From: the human T2T-CHM13v2.0 reference genome, Homo sapiens
DNA length: 64,000 bases
NCBI RefSeq assembly: GCF_009914755.1
Contig: NC_060925.1
Direction: 5' to 3' (one strand)
Shown here: positions 1 to 12,642 of the stretch, in pieces
How the letters are laid out: each line of letters starts with the position of its first letter
Position numbering within the stretch: the stretch's first letter is position 1
Notes under the pieces: generated by a model
What the model saw: only the letters and a program-made list of their open reading frames with translations
Databases searched by the model: none
Told to the model about the DNA's origin: nothing
Made by a program: the position numbers and the translations under genes

Positions 1-19
1 ATGCCTTCAGGCACCTACT

Positions 20-110
20 GAGCCTCTCAGGGGCTCAGCATCCTCATCTGTGGGACACGGATAATAATAGGGTTGTTTTGAGAGTAAAAGCACAAAACAC
101 AGAGCCTGGC
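20..110 (+). mobile_element. MIR SINE fragment
   Basis: ctcagcatcctcatctgtgggacacggataataatagggttg...acagagcctggc resembles the MIR core. Confidence 0.65.
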
Positions 111-796
111 TGGAGAAAGCACAGGTAGCTGAAGTCAGCCAAGGCTGAGTTAAGTGTTCTTCTTAGAAAAGCGGACAGGCCATTCCCTGAAGGCATCAGT
201 GCGGGCAGGAGGGAACCTGCACTTTGCAGTTCCAACACCTCAGGACACAATTCCTGCTAACCTGACCCACAAAAGACCAAAGGACACACCCAAGATCCTG
301 GACCAACGTCCCACAAGGATGCCTCCTGGTTTCTTCTCTAAGAATACGTCTTAAAATGTTCCCCAGGAAGCTAACTCAATATTCCTAATGTATGGACCAT
401 GGAAAGAAAACAAGTGTCTCAGTAGGTTTGTTCAACAAATGTGCAAATGCAGAGACGAACAAAGATGCCCAAAGTCAAGGAGCAGCTCAGTCGCCTCCGA
501 CATGCTCGGGGGCCACAACCACTTCCAACCTCTGCCCTGTTCACACTTTCCTCCACCCAGATTCCCCTCTTGCCCTGGCACTCCAGGAATTGTTTGATGT
601 CCTGGAAGCTCCCTTTCTCTGTTCCACAGCCCCTGAGGCTGGTACCTCCCTGCATGCGTGTCCACCTCACCCACTGAGTTCCAGGAGCAGGCGTCTATCC
701 TGCTCGCCCTGACTCAGCAGGGAGGGCTGAGCTCTGGAGCCTGAGTGCACCCAGACCTGCCCCATGGCCTCCTGTGCCTCTGTGTCCTCCTCACCC

Positions 797-900
797 TCGA
801 CTCACCAAGGAGCCCTGAGGACGTGAGAACTGGAACATGCCCAAGACCCACATCGGGGCCTGGCACACACCAAGCGCCTAGTGAACGCTTGATGACTGAG
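797..900 (+). mobile_element. L2 LINE 3' end fragment
   Basis: ggcctggcacacaccaagcgcctagtgaacgcttgatgactga resembles the L2 terminus (cctggcacatagtaggcgctcaataaatgtttgttgaatga). Confidence 0.5.
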
Positions 901-1062
901 GACAGCATCGCTTCTTCTAAGAGGGAAAAAAAGGAAAGTCAACCAGAGACAATTTGTAAAAGATGGCTTTTGACTGAGGCCTTGAAGGATGGGCAAGGAT
1001 GGGCAAGGGGAGGGGGGACTCAAAGTGCAGGATGAGAAGGCTCTAGGTGCCTGAGTGCCTCT

Positions 1063-1176
1063 GCATGTGAACATGCATGTGCATGTGTGTGCATGTGTGT
1101 GTGCATGAGACTTGCAGCCTTGCATGTGTGCGTGCATATGCATATGTGTGTTCATATGCGCATGCATGTGTGTGTG
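1063..1176. repeat. (TG/CATG)n alternating purine-pyrimidine tract
   Basis: gcatgtgtgtgcatgtgtgtgtgcatg... read directly. Confidence 0.85.
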
Positions 1177-1476
1177 CCCTAGTCCAGACAGGGTTCTGAG
1201 TGCACTGTGGGGGACAGATGATTTCACACTCCGCCCTGAGTCTGAAATCAGTGGGACAGATGACCTTGAAGAAGGCCTTATGGCTCACTTAGTGTGAGCC
1301 AGACTCCATAGAGACAGTGACGGCAGGACACATGCATGGGGGTCCACCTTCCCAGAGCTGGAGCCCACATAGCTCCAGGACCTCAAGGGAAGCCCAGGGT
1401 CTGAGGGGCCCAGGAGGCCCATCCATGTGATGGACCCAAGGAGACTTTGGTGGCTTCTCTGTTAAGATTTGAAGGG

Positions 1477-1885
<409 letters not shown>

Positions 1886-3006
1886 TCAGCAGATAGGGTG
1901 ACAACAGCGCCTCTACCTCTAGTGGGAGGCGCAAGAGAAATTCACGCGATGCACTTGCCTGGGCTTGGTGAGTGGAAAGCTCCCCACTGACTCGAGGGCT
2001 GGTGGTGAGGATGGAGAGGGAGGTGGAGATGGAGGCGACAGCATGGGCAGAGCAAGAGCACAGCCGTGGAAGGGAGGTCCTCCCAGCTAGCCTTTGGGAG
2101 GCCCATGGCCAGTCTCGGGGCAGGAGGAAAGAATGTGAACCAAAAGCGGAACGTCCAGCCAGGGGAGGCCCCAGCAATGACTGTATCAGGGCTGAGTGTG
2201 ATCACAGGAAAAGTCACCTAAGGACTGAAATCCAGTGGAGTCAAGACTACGTGGAAGCCTATCTCTCCATGATGGCAACTTTGGAAGAACGTGTGACCTT
2301 GTGGAAGTGCACAGAAGGCACTGCTGGCCTGAATGGGTCCTCGGGCTGCGGTCTCGGGGCCGGCTTCTCTCCCTTCCCCAGACCTGCTGTGGCTCCATCC
2401 CCTCTCTCCTGCATCCTGGGATTGCCTCCAATTAACTACCTGCTTACAAGCCTTTTCTTTATTTTCTTTTTGCCTTCTTTTCTTTACATGTAAAACATGA
2501 GTCCATCTGGAGCTTATTTTAAAGCACAGTATGAGGACTGACATTGACCTGTTTTTTTAAATGAAATAACTAGTTGTCCCAACCCTGCTTGTTGGATAAC
2601 ACTGCTCTGTTTCAGGAGTACCCCCACTGTCATACACCCGTGGGTCCATACCCCTGGGCTCTCCATCTGGGCACTCCCCTGCCTGTGGCACCTCCTTCCT
2701 GAGGGCCGGCCTCACCCAGGGCCCAGCTGCCCTCTCCATGGCCTGTGTCTTCCTTTCCTGATGCCTCAGATTTCCCCCATTCTCTGGCACTCTTTCCATC
2801 CTCCTGGCCTCACTCTGCACCTCCCCTGAGGTGCAGGACTGCCCTGCCCCAGCCCCCAGCTTCCTCACTCCCAAAGCATTGTGCCACTGAAGCACGAGCT
2901 CCAGAGTGCACCTGGATGGCAGCTTCTCTCCTGGCCAACAAACGCCTGGTGCTGACTGCCCTCCCAGCATCTCCCCTCAACTCCTCAGCTCCACCCCAGG
3001 GCCTTA

Positions 3007-3172
3007 ACACACACATGCATAGCACACACACATACAAACATATGCACACACAGACATGCACACAAATGTACATACGGACTTACACAGACACACACAAATG
3101 TGCACACATTCGTGCATACACAGATGTGTTCATGCAAACACACACGTGCACGCTCACGGGCACGTACACATG
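3007..3172. repeat. (CA)-rich low-complexity tract
   Basis: acacacacatgcatagcacacacacatacaaac... Confidence 0.85.
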
Positions 3173-3275
3173 TGTAGGTTATGCTAAGAAATCCATTTTG
3201 TGTAGAAGACACTCAGGCTCAAATATGTGTCCAAAGTCACACAGCTATGGAGCGGCAGAACTCAGGTCTCTAGCG

Positions 3276-3612
3276 CACACAGCCCCGACTTACCGCAGTT
3301 CCACTTAACAGTTTTCAACTTTATAGTGATGCAAAAGCCATCCACAGTCAGCAGAAACCCTCGTGTGAGTCCCACACGGCCAGTTTTTCACTTTCAGTAC
3401 AGCAGTCAATGATTACATGAGGTATCCGACACTTGACTACAAAACAGGCTTCGTGTTGATGCTTCTGCCCACCGCAGGCTCAGGGCAGTGTTCTCAGCAG
3501 GCCAAGGTGGGCCCCCCCACGCTGTGCTATTCGGTAGTCAGGTGGACTCAGTCATTTTCCACTCGCAGCGGCCTTATTGGGCCGCAGCCAGGGGTAAGTT
3601 GAGCAGTGTCTG
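3276..3612 (-). mobile_element. Tigger3a/MER7A-like Tc-mariner DNA transposon
   Basis: TIR remnants ccccgactta...taagttgagcagtgtctg followed by TA; internal tttttcactttcagtacag and ttcggtag match the recalled Tigger3a consensus. Confidence 0.75.
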
Positions 3613-3829
3613 TACTTTTAGCTCCACCCTGGGTATTTTTAAGTGGCAGATTTACAACAAAAAATAAAAATAAAAATGAAAAAATACAGCGTTCCAAATA
3701 GTAGGGGCATAAAAGGAGAGAATGCACGTTGTGGACAGCCCATGCCTGGGAGCATAAGCACTTCAGGGCATCACCAGGCGTGACTGGCTATTGTTCCTGC
3801 TCTTCCTGGCAGCAGCGGCCTGGGCCTGA

Positions 3830-4660
3830 GAGGGATCGCCCTGGCCACAGCTGTAGGCAAGGCTGCTGGGAGCCGCCACGCTCCGCGATAGCGAGTCTGC
3901 GGCGCCACCTCGTGGGTGCTGCGTGGAACTCCCCGTGGTGAGGGCGGGGAAGGCCGGGTCCCCACAAAGCCGGAGCCCGAGCACAGCGGTGGGAGCTCGC
4001 CCCAGGGCATCCCATAGCACCCGGAGACGGGGGCTGGTCCCCCAAAACCCTCAGGGGTGAGAGGAAGGAGGTCCCCAGCCTGCTGAGAGCTGTCCTCTGA
4101 GCACGCACTCGCGCACACTCACACGTGCATGTGTGCATCCTCGGGCACCCTGATGCGTTCACATGCACGTACACGCGTGTGCACACGCACAGTCTTTCAC
4201 AAGCGTATGACGCGTTCACACAAGAGTGTGACGCGTTCACACGCACGCACACTCCCTCTCCCTCGAGCCTGGAAGGCGCACTGGGCTCATAGGGGTGGAA
4301 ACCTCTACCGCGGCAGAGGCATGGCGCCAGGGCCAGGATGCTCGCTTTTATTTCAGACGTGAAAACTGAGGCCCGAAAGAGACAGCCAGTGTCCAACCCT
4401 GTCCAACGTCTCTGCTGATTGTGCCTCCTGTGTGCGGCCGGGGCCGGTGTGAGGGCTGCGGGCCCACCGCACGCCTGGCCCGCCCCAGGGCCTCGAGCCA
4501 CTTCCTCAGGAGCTGCTGGCAGCTGCAGCGACAGCGCGCCCAGAGCCCGAGGGTCCCATGGAGCCAGGCTTCCCAGCACACAGGCGCGGTGGAGCCTCGG
4601 GGTGGGCATACACCCCGCGAGCTCGCGGGGGCTGGGCACTGCGGGTCCTCGGGTGGGGAC
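3830..4660. promoter_or_regulatory. CpG-rich GC-rich segment (CpG-island-like) including a CACG-rich tract at ~4100-4250
   Basis: Visibly dense CpG dinucleotides; observed/expected ratio not computed. Confidence 0.45.
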
Positions 4661-4949
4661 TCTGGAGTTCAGTCTTGAAGGACACAGTCACTGAGGGTCA
4701 GGGAACCAGGAGGGTAGGGAGAGTAGGGAGGGGTGCCTAGGCCTAGTGGGAGAAGCATGTGAAAGTTCCCTAAGAGGGCTGGGGGTGAACAAGCGCTCGG
4801 CCCGGCCTCTCCCGGTAGACTGCTCTGGTGCCCTGAAGCCTCCCTTCTCCAAGGCCCCATGGACGCCCCCAGAGGGGTGACGCCCTCGCCCACGCTGAGC
4901 TCTGAGTGCTGCACGAGAACTCCCAGAGCCGTGTGCACACGCGCTCCCC

Positions 4950-5545
4950 GTGTTATAACTGGCATTAAGTGCACTCACATTGTCGCATATCCCCTACCAC
5001 CGTCCATCTCCAGAACGTCTTCATCTTCCCAAAAGGAAACCAGACCCATTGAACACCAACTCCCTCCTTTTGTTAACCATTGCTCTTTCTGTATTTGAAT
5101 TTGCCCATTCTGGGCCCCTCATGTAAGTGAAATCGCAATGTATTTGTCCTTTTGTGGCTGGCTTATTCCATCTAGCACAATGTCCTCAAGGTTCATGTGT
5201 GTTGGCACACCTCTCAGAATTTCCCTCCTGGCTGGGTGATATTATAGGCTCACGCCTATTATCCTAGCTGTTAGGGAGGCAGAGGTAGGAAGATAGCTTG
5301 AACCCAGGAGTTCGAGACCTGCCTGGGCAATATAGCGAGACTGCATTTTCCACAAAAAGAAAGAAAAAAAAGAATCTCCTTCCTGGTAAAGGTTCAGTAA
5401 CAGTCTACTGTATGCATAACCACATTTCGCTTGCCCATCCACTCACCCATAGACCCTCAGAATGCTTCTACCTTTTGACTCTTGTGAATCACGCTGCTTT
5501 GAACATGGGTGTGCAAATATCTGTGAGAGTGCCTGCTCTCAAAAA
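4950..5545 (-). mobile_element. L1MB-type 3' end fragment, interrupted by a BC200 retrocopy
   Basis: caccgtccatctccagaac...tatttgtccttttgtggctggcttatt...gctgctttgaacatgggtgtgcaaatatct, antisense L1M 3' region. Confidence 0.8.
5230..5370 (+). pseudogene. BC200 (BCYRN1) retropseudogene lacking the unique 3' domain
   Basis: Alu monomer with BC200-type gatagcttga, gagacctgcctgggcaatatagcgagac and tccacaaaaag; imperfect TSD agaat(t/c)tcc(c/t)tcct at 5216-5229 and 5371-5384. Confidence 0.85.
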
Positions 5546-5979
5546 AATCCACATTCTTGGCACCATGAAGAATCACCTCTCACAGACACCAGCGAAAACC
5601 AAGTCTGTCTGAGAGCAGAGGGTGAGGAGGGGAAAGCCGGGCTGCGGATCACAGTGGGCGGAGGAAAGCCCACCCTTGTGTTCCCATGTGTGGGAGGAGA
5701 GAGGAGAGATGCCCTCTAGTGAAGGAACTCTTGTAGCAGCCAGCTCCATTCCTGCTTGGCCTGCGGAGGGCCAGCTCAGGAGCCCAGACCAGGAAGAAGT
5801 CAAATGACCGACAAGATCCATCAGGAAGCAGAAGTGTGCTGTGTCTCATCGGCAACAACAAACAGAGCTAGGACCAGCCACCCACCCCCCAACCCAGGGG
5901 AAATGCATCCACCACACAACTACCACCGCTGCGCTCATGACACTCTCAGAGACAGGCACGGGAGCTCCTGGCAAGGCAC

Positions 5980-7450
<1,471 letters not shown>

Positions 7451-7856
7451 CAGGTGCTCGAGGGGCTCCATCAGCCTCCAGGGATGGGCTGCTGTGTTAG
7501 GGAGGGCCAGAGCACAGGGGAAGTGGAGTGTAATTCTTTCTACAAGATTAGCAAGCTGAACTTGAATCTCACACACGCACACACACCACAGTGACATGGA
7601 AAGAATCCACAGGACACTTATGAGAGGTAAAAATAGAAAGTTTCTGCACAAAACAATCGTGTGTGTTTAAAAGATACCATGTGGCAGAAAATAGTGATCT
7701 ATGTTTGCCAGTGTCTAGGAAGAAACCTTGAAGGCGCACGCCAGACTGGCGGCTGGGTTGGCTAGGGAGGAGACGATGGGGTGGGAGCAGCTAAGGACGA
7801 CACACACTCTTTTAACTCTGTTCCTGTGTTGTCGGGACGTTTACAAACTGAAGATA

Positions 7857-8138
7857 TATATTTTTAATTAATTATTTTTTTTTTAATTTTACTTTAAGTT
7901 CTGGGATACATGTTCAGAACATGTAGGTTTATTACATAGGTATACATGTGCCATGGTGGTTTGCTGCACCTATCAATTTGTCATCTAGGTTTTAAGCCCT
8001 GCATGCATTAGGTATTTGTCATAATGCTCTCCTTTCCCTTGCCTCCAACCCCTGGATAGAACCTGGTGTGTGATGTTCCCCTCCCTGTGTCTACGTGTTC
8101 TCATTGTTCAGCTCCCACTTATGAGTGAGAACATGAGG
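7857..8138 (-). mobile_element. L1PA7/8-like 5'-truncated 3' end
   Basis: T-rich tail then tactttaagttctgggatacatg...ggttttaagccctgcatgcattagg; TSD tacaaactg(a/c)agata at 7842-7856 and 8139-8153. Confidence 0.9.
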
Positions 8139-9327
8139 TACAAACTGCAGATAGTTATACATTACTTTAAAGTAATTAAGTTAAACTAAACTAAATGTAA
8201 GCCAACTACATGTAAATAAATAAAACCAATAATTAATAGCAAGATAAAAGTAATTAATACTTAAATAATTACTAATTTATTTCTCAGCTAAAAATTAAAA
8301 ATTTAGAAAATGTGGAAATGTGTTTCATAATAGGAGGATATTTAAAATGAAAGGGCATTTCTGTAGTCAAATGGGTAGGAGACTCACCCAAACAAGACAC
8401 AACCTCAAAACCAAAAGGAAAACTATCAGGTTTGATTATACGAATACTGAAAACCTCTGAATACATGAAAGGCAAATTCTATATCCCATGAAACTACCCT
8501 TCAGAAATGAAGAGAGAAATAAAGACATTCTCAGAGGAAGAGAATATAGGAATTTGTCACTGGTCAATTTAGAAATGCTAAAAAGTGGCTACAGAAATAT
8601 GTTCTGTCATTTCCACAATATAAAAAATTAAAACAAAAAAATCAAAATAAAAAAATGGCTATAGAAAGTTCTTATGCAGAAGGGATGAATATGGGACTAT
8701 GGGAGGAGGGACAAAGGAAAGACGAGAAATGTGGATACATATGCGAGACAATCCACAGTTCTTAAAATCACATTTGACGACTGAAACAAAAACTATACCA
8801 CCACCTAATACTCAAGCCAGTGATTTATACAAGTGGAAAAGGTAAAGAGACATAAATGCAAGGCAGGTTTCCACACTTTGAAGTGGTAAATACTGGTACC
8901 AGTAGACTACTATATTACAATACACATATTGTAACATCCAGAGCAAACACTTTAAGACTATACAAAGAGATACACGCAACAACATTATACAGAAATAGAT
9001 CAAGATGGAGGGAAAGAAAAAGGAAACAAAAAAGCAAATAATAAAAACATCAGACATAAGCAATTATGTAACAATAAGCACCTTAAATGTAAATGGTCTA
9101 AATAAACCAAAAGACAGATTGATGGAGAGCCTATAATAAACACATGGCCCAACTAAATGCTGTTCATAAGAAACTTCAAACTCACTTAAGGACCTAAGTA
9201 GGTTGAAAGTAAAAGAATGGAGAAAGATATCCTGTGAAATCATTAATTTTTTAAGGAAGCAGGAGTGAATATATTAATATCTCATGAAGTAGACTTCAAG
9301 CAAAATAATTTACCAGAGCTGGAGAGG

Positions 9328-9847
9328 GTCTTCGCTGAATTTTAAGATCTAAAATTTCCTATGCTGCCTTGACATGTTTGAGCCTCACAGGGCCCCAAAG
9401 ACCTAGCCGTGGGTTTTCCTGTTTCTACCAGACACCCCCTACCCCGCCACCCAACAGGAAAGGCTCCCCACCTGGCTAGTTCTTTTATCAGCCAGAACAG
9501 TTGCACCTCAGCCTAAGAAGTTTCACTTCACCTGTCTGCCAGCCCATGAATTTATTCAAACAAGCCAATTGCATTCCCCCTCGGGAACCATTGGTCATCG
9601 TGTGCTCTTGTTACTACCAAGCCCGCCTGCTTCCTCAGCCCGCAGCCCTCACTCCACTACAGAGTGCGGTGCCCATCTGACCCTGTGTGGCATGCAGTGT
9701 CCTCCTCTGAGCTGTGGGTATATGTGACTAAAACACTGCTGTCAATCGCATCCATCCACGCCAGGTGTCGTGTTCAGCCATCTCCTACACTTTAGGGCAG
9801 GGACCCCTCCTTCACCAATGGGGTGAAAAGAGGAAGTGACCATAACA
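9328..9847. mobile_element. ERVL-class solo LTR (MER74-like)
   Basis: ~520-bp insert splitting a contiguous L1 ORF2 segment and ending in ...cataaca; family assigned from memory. Confidence 0.55.
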
Positions 9848-9931
9848 ACTGCTTAATGACAAAAGGATTAACCCACCAAGAAGACATCTACTTCAACATC
9901 CTCCTCTTAGCAACTGTTAAAACTAGGCAGA

Positions 9932-10200
9932 GGCCGGGCACAGTGGCTCATGCCTGTAATCCCAGAACTCTGGGAGGCAAAAACAAAGGATAGCTTGAGG
10001 CCAGGAGTTCGAGCCTGGGCAACATAGCAAGGCCTCATCTCTCCAAAAAATTTTAAATTTAGCCAGGTGTGGCGGCACACACCTATAGTACCAGCTGCTC
10101 AGGAGGTTAAGCCAGGGGAAGTACTTGACCCTAGGAAGTCAAGGCTGCAGTGAGTCATGTTCGTGCCACCGCACTCTAGTGTAAGTGACAGAGTGAAACT
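9932..10200 (+). mobile_element. AluJ lacking a poly-A tail
   Basis: AluJ features (gcttgaggccaggagttcga, gtcaaggctgcagtgag); flanked by aaactaggca on both sides. Confidence 0.85.
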
Positions 10201-10370
10201 AGGCACAAAAGGAGCAAGGATTTACAAAAGATCTGAACAGTCAACCAGCAAAATCTGACATCCGTATAATACCCCACTCCCCAACAGCAAAACACACACA
10301 TTTTTAAAGCCAATAGAAATCTACCAAGATGAGGTACACTTGGGGCAATAAAAGAACTCACAGCAAATCT

Positions 10371-12148
10371 CGCTGTGTGCCCCTCTGCACCAGCGCCGTG
10401 CCCCTCTCTGCACCTTCTTTTCTCACCATGGGGAAGCGTTTGGGGGCCTCTTGAGGGACACCCTAGATGCTTCTACTCAGAGCCCCCAAAGCCGGGGAGC
10501 CTCCACTCCTCTGTCTGCAGCCTCCCCTGTCGGTTCTCCGCTACCCAGGGTTCAGTGGCCTGGGGGTGACGGAGGGGGTCGCCTCTGCCAAGGCCCCTCC
10601 CGGCGCCTCCCTGGCTCATCCAGCCCACCTTCCTCCCACGCTGGCTCACGCAAAGTGCTCCGGTCACCAGGAGCCCTTCCTGACCAGCCCCAGCCCCTTC
10701 TTGGCCTTCGCCCACCCGGCCTCCCCTGGAGCCCTGACCTGGGTGCCGGGCCTGCTGGGTCCAGAGCCCACCCCGCCCTGAACAACCCCGAGTCTCAGCC
10801 ACCCTCGGTTCTTACCCTTTCACAGCTGGGGAGTGGAGCCTGGGCCTGCGCCTCTCCGCGCCAGAGCCGGCGCCAGCGCCTCTCCGCGCCTGCGCCGCCG
10901 CTGCGCGCCTCGCCGCCGCTGTCCGCCTCTCCGCCGCTGTCCGTCTCTCCGCCGCGCCGCCGCTGTCCGCCTCTCCGCCGCTGTCCGCCTCTCCGCCGCT
11001 GTCCGTCTCTCCGCCGCGCCGCCGCTGTCCGCCTCTCCGCCGCTGTCCGCCTCTCCGCCGCGCCGCCGCTGTCCGCCTCTCCGCCTCTGTCCGCCTCTCC
11101 GCCGCTGTCCGTCTCTCCGCCGCGCCGCCGCTGTCCGCCTCTCCGCCGCTGTCCGCCTCTCCGCCGCGCCGCCGCTATCCGCCTCTCCGCCGCTGTCCGC
11201 CTCTCCGCCGCTGTCCGTCTCTCCGCCGCGCCGCCGCTGTCCGCCTCTCCGCCGCTGTCCGCCTCTCCGCCGCGCCGCCGCTGTCCGCCTCTCCGCCTCT
11301 GTCCGCCTCTCCGCCGCCGTCCGTCTCTCCGCCGCGCCGCCGCTGTCCGCCTCTCCGCCGCCGTCCGCCTCTCCGCCGCGCCGCCGCTGGCCGCCTCTCC
11401 GCCGCCGTCCGCCTCTCCGCCGCGCCGCCGCTGGCCGCCTCTCCGCCGCCGTCCGCCTCTCCGCCGCGCCGCCGCTGGCCGCCTCTCCGCCGCCGGCCGC
11501 CTCTCCGCCGCCGTCCGCCTCTCCGCCGCGCCGCCGCCGTCCGCCTCTCCGCCGCCGTCCGCCTCTCCGCCGCGCCGCCGCCGTCCGCCTCTCCGCCGCC
11601 GTCCGCCTCTCCGCCGCGCCGCCGCCGTCCGCCTCTCCGCCGCCGTCCGCCTCTCCGCCGCGCCGCCGCTGGCCGCCTCTCCGCCGCCGTCCGCCTCTCC
11701 GCCGCGCCGCCGCTGGCCGCCTCTCCGCCGCTGTCCGCCTCTCCGCCGCGCCGCCGCTGTCCGTCTCTCCGCCGCGCCGCCGCTGGCCGCCTCTCCGCCG
11801 CTGTCCGTCTCTCCGCCGCGCCGCCGCTGGCCGCCTCTCCGCCACTGGCCCCCTCTCCGCCACGCCGGCGCCAGCGCTGTGTGCCTTTGCGAGGGCGGAG
11901 CTGCGGTCTCCTCAGCACAGACCCGGAGAGCATTGCGAGGGCGGAGCTGAGTTCTCCTCTGCAGACTTCGGAGATACAGCGAAGGCAGAGCAATGTTCTC
12001 CTCAGCAGAGACCCGGGCGGGCGGGCCGGTGGCACCGCGAGGGCGGAGCTGCGTTCTGCTCTGCACAGACCTTGGGGGCACTGCCTCGCTTTGGGACAAC
12101 TCAGGGCCGCATGGACAGTGAATAAAATCCTTCCTGTTTGCAGCCCTG
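10371..12148 (+). repeat. Interstitial TAR1 (telomere-associated repeat); CpG island; contains a non-TAR1 insert at ~10416-10845
   Basis: Four ~44-57-bp units gcgagggcggagctgcg(g/t)tctcctcagcacagacccgg at 11889-12070, then cactgcctcgctttgggacaactc...gtgaataaaatccttcctgtttgcagccctg; gcgcctctccgcgcctgcgccg resembles the subtelomeric 29-bp repeat. Confidence 0.9.
10905..11862. repeat. GC-rich VNTR of 18-bp (ccgccgctgtccgcctct) and 26-bp (plus ccgccgcg) units
   Basis: Tandem units read directly; almost no A on the + strand. Confidence 0.95.
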
Positions 12149-12640
12149 TTTGTGGTTGGTGGCAGCGATGGACACTGCAGCCAGCCAGAGCGTAGAAAGG
12201 CGTCGGGGTAAGTGCACTATCCAGGCTGCACTGTGGGTGGCCTGGGACGGGTTGGGAGCCCTATCTCAGGCGTCACTGCCCGTCTTGGGTGGCCGGTTGG
12301 GTGTGCTATCTGGGGCTGTGCTGCCTGCACCGGGCGGGGGGGGGGTGGTTTGGGGGCCAAACCGGGGCTGCACTGCCTTTGGTGGGGAGCCGGTTGGGGG
12401 CACTATCCCAGACTGTATTGCTGGCAACAGTGAGGTGGGCTAAGTGTGCTATCCGGGGCTGCACTGTGCGGCTGTCGGGGGGGTGGCGGTTTCGGGTTGA
12501 GGGCGCTATGGGGTGCTGTAATGCCCATGGTGTGGGGAGGCGGGGCAGTTTGGGTATGTTGGGTGTGCTATTGGGGGGGTGACACTGCTGGTGGTAGGGG
12601 GCAGGGTGGGTTGGGGGCCATATCAGGGGCTGCACTGATG
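12149..12640. repeat. REP522-like degenerate GC-rich repeat, part 1 (~45-60-bp units with a gcgctatcnggggctgcactg core)
   Basis: About nine degenerate cores between 12213 and 12640; family name from memory. Confidence 0.55.
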
Positions 12641-12642
12641 GC

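Larger units (their letters stand above)
8470..10370 (+). mobile_element. Old L1M ORF1-end/ORF2-start relic, interrupted by an LTR and an AluJ, truncated at the TAR1 junction
   Basis: attctatatcccatgaaactacccttcagaaatgaag (ORF1 ILYPAKLSF-like), ccttaaatgtaaatggtctaaat (ORF2 TLNVNGLN), aatgacaaaaggattaacccaccaagaagacat (IMIKGSIHQEDI-like). Confidence 0.8.

Noticed and set aside
10451-12125. Long Arg/Pro/Ala/Gly-rich ORFs (286-499 aa) on both strands
   Set aside because: They arise because the GC-rich VNTR lacks stop codons; several frames are open and there is no domain signal.
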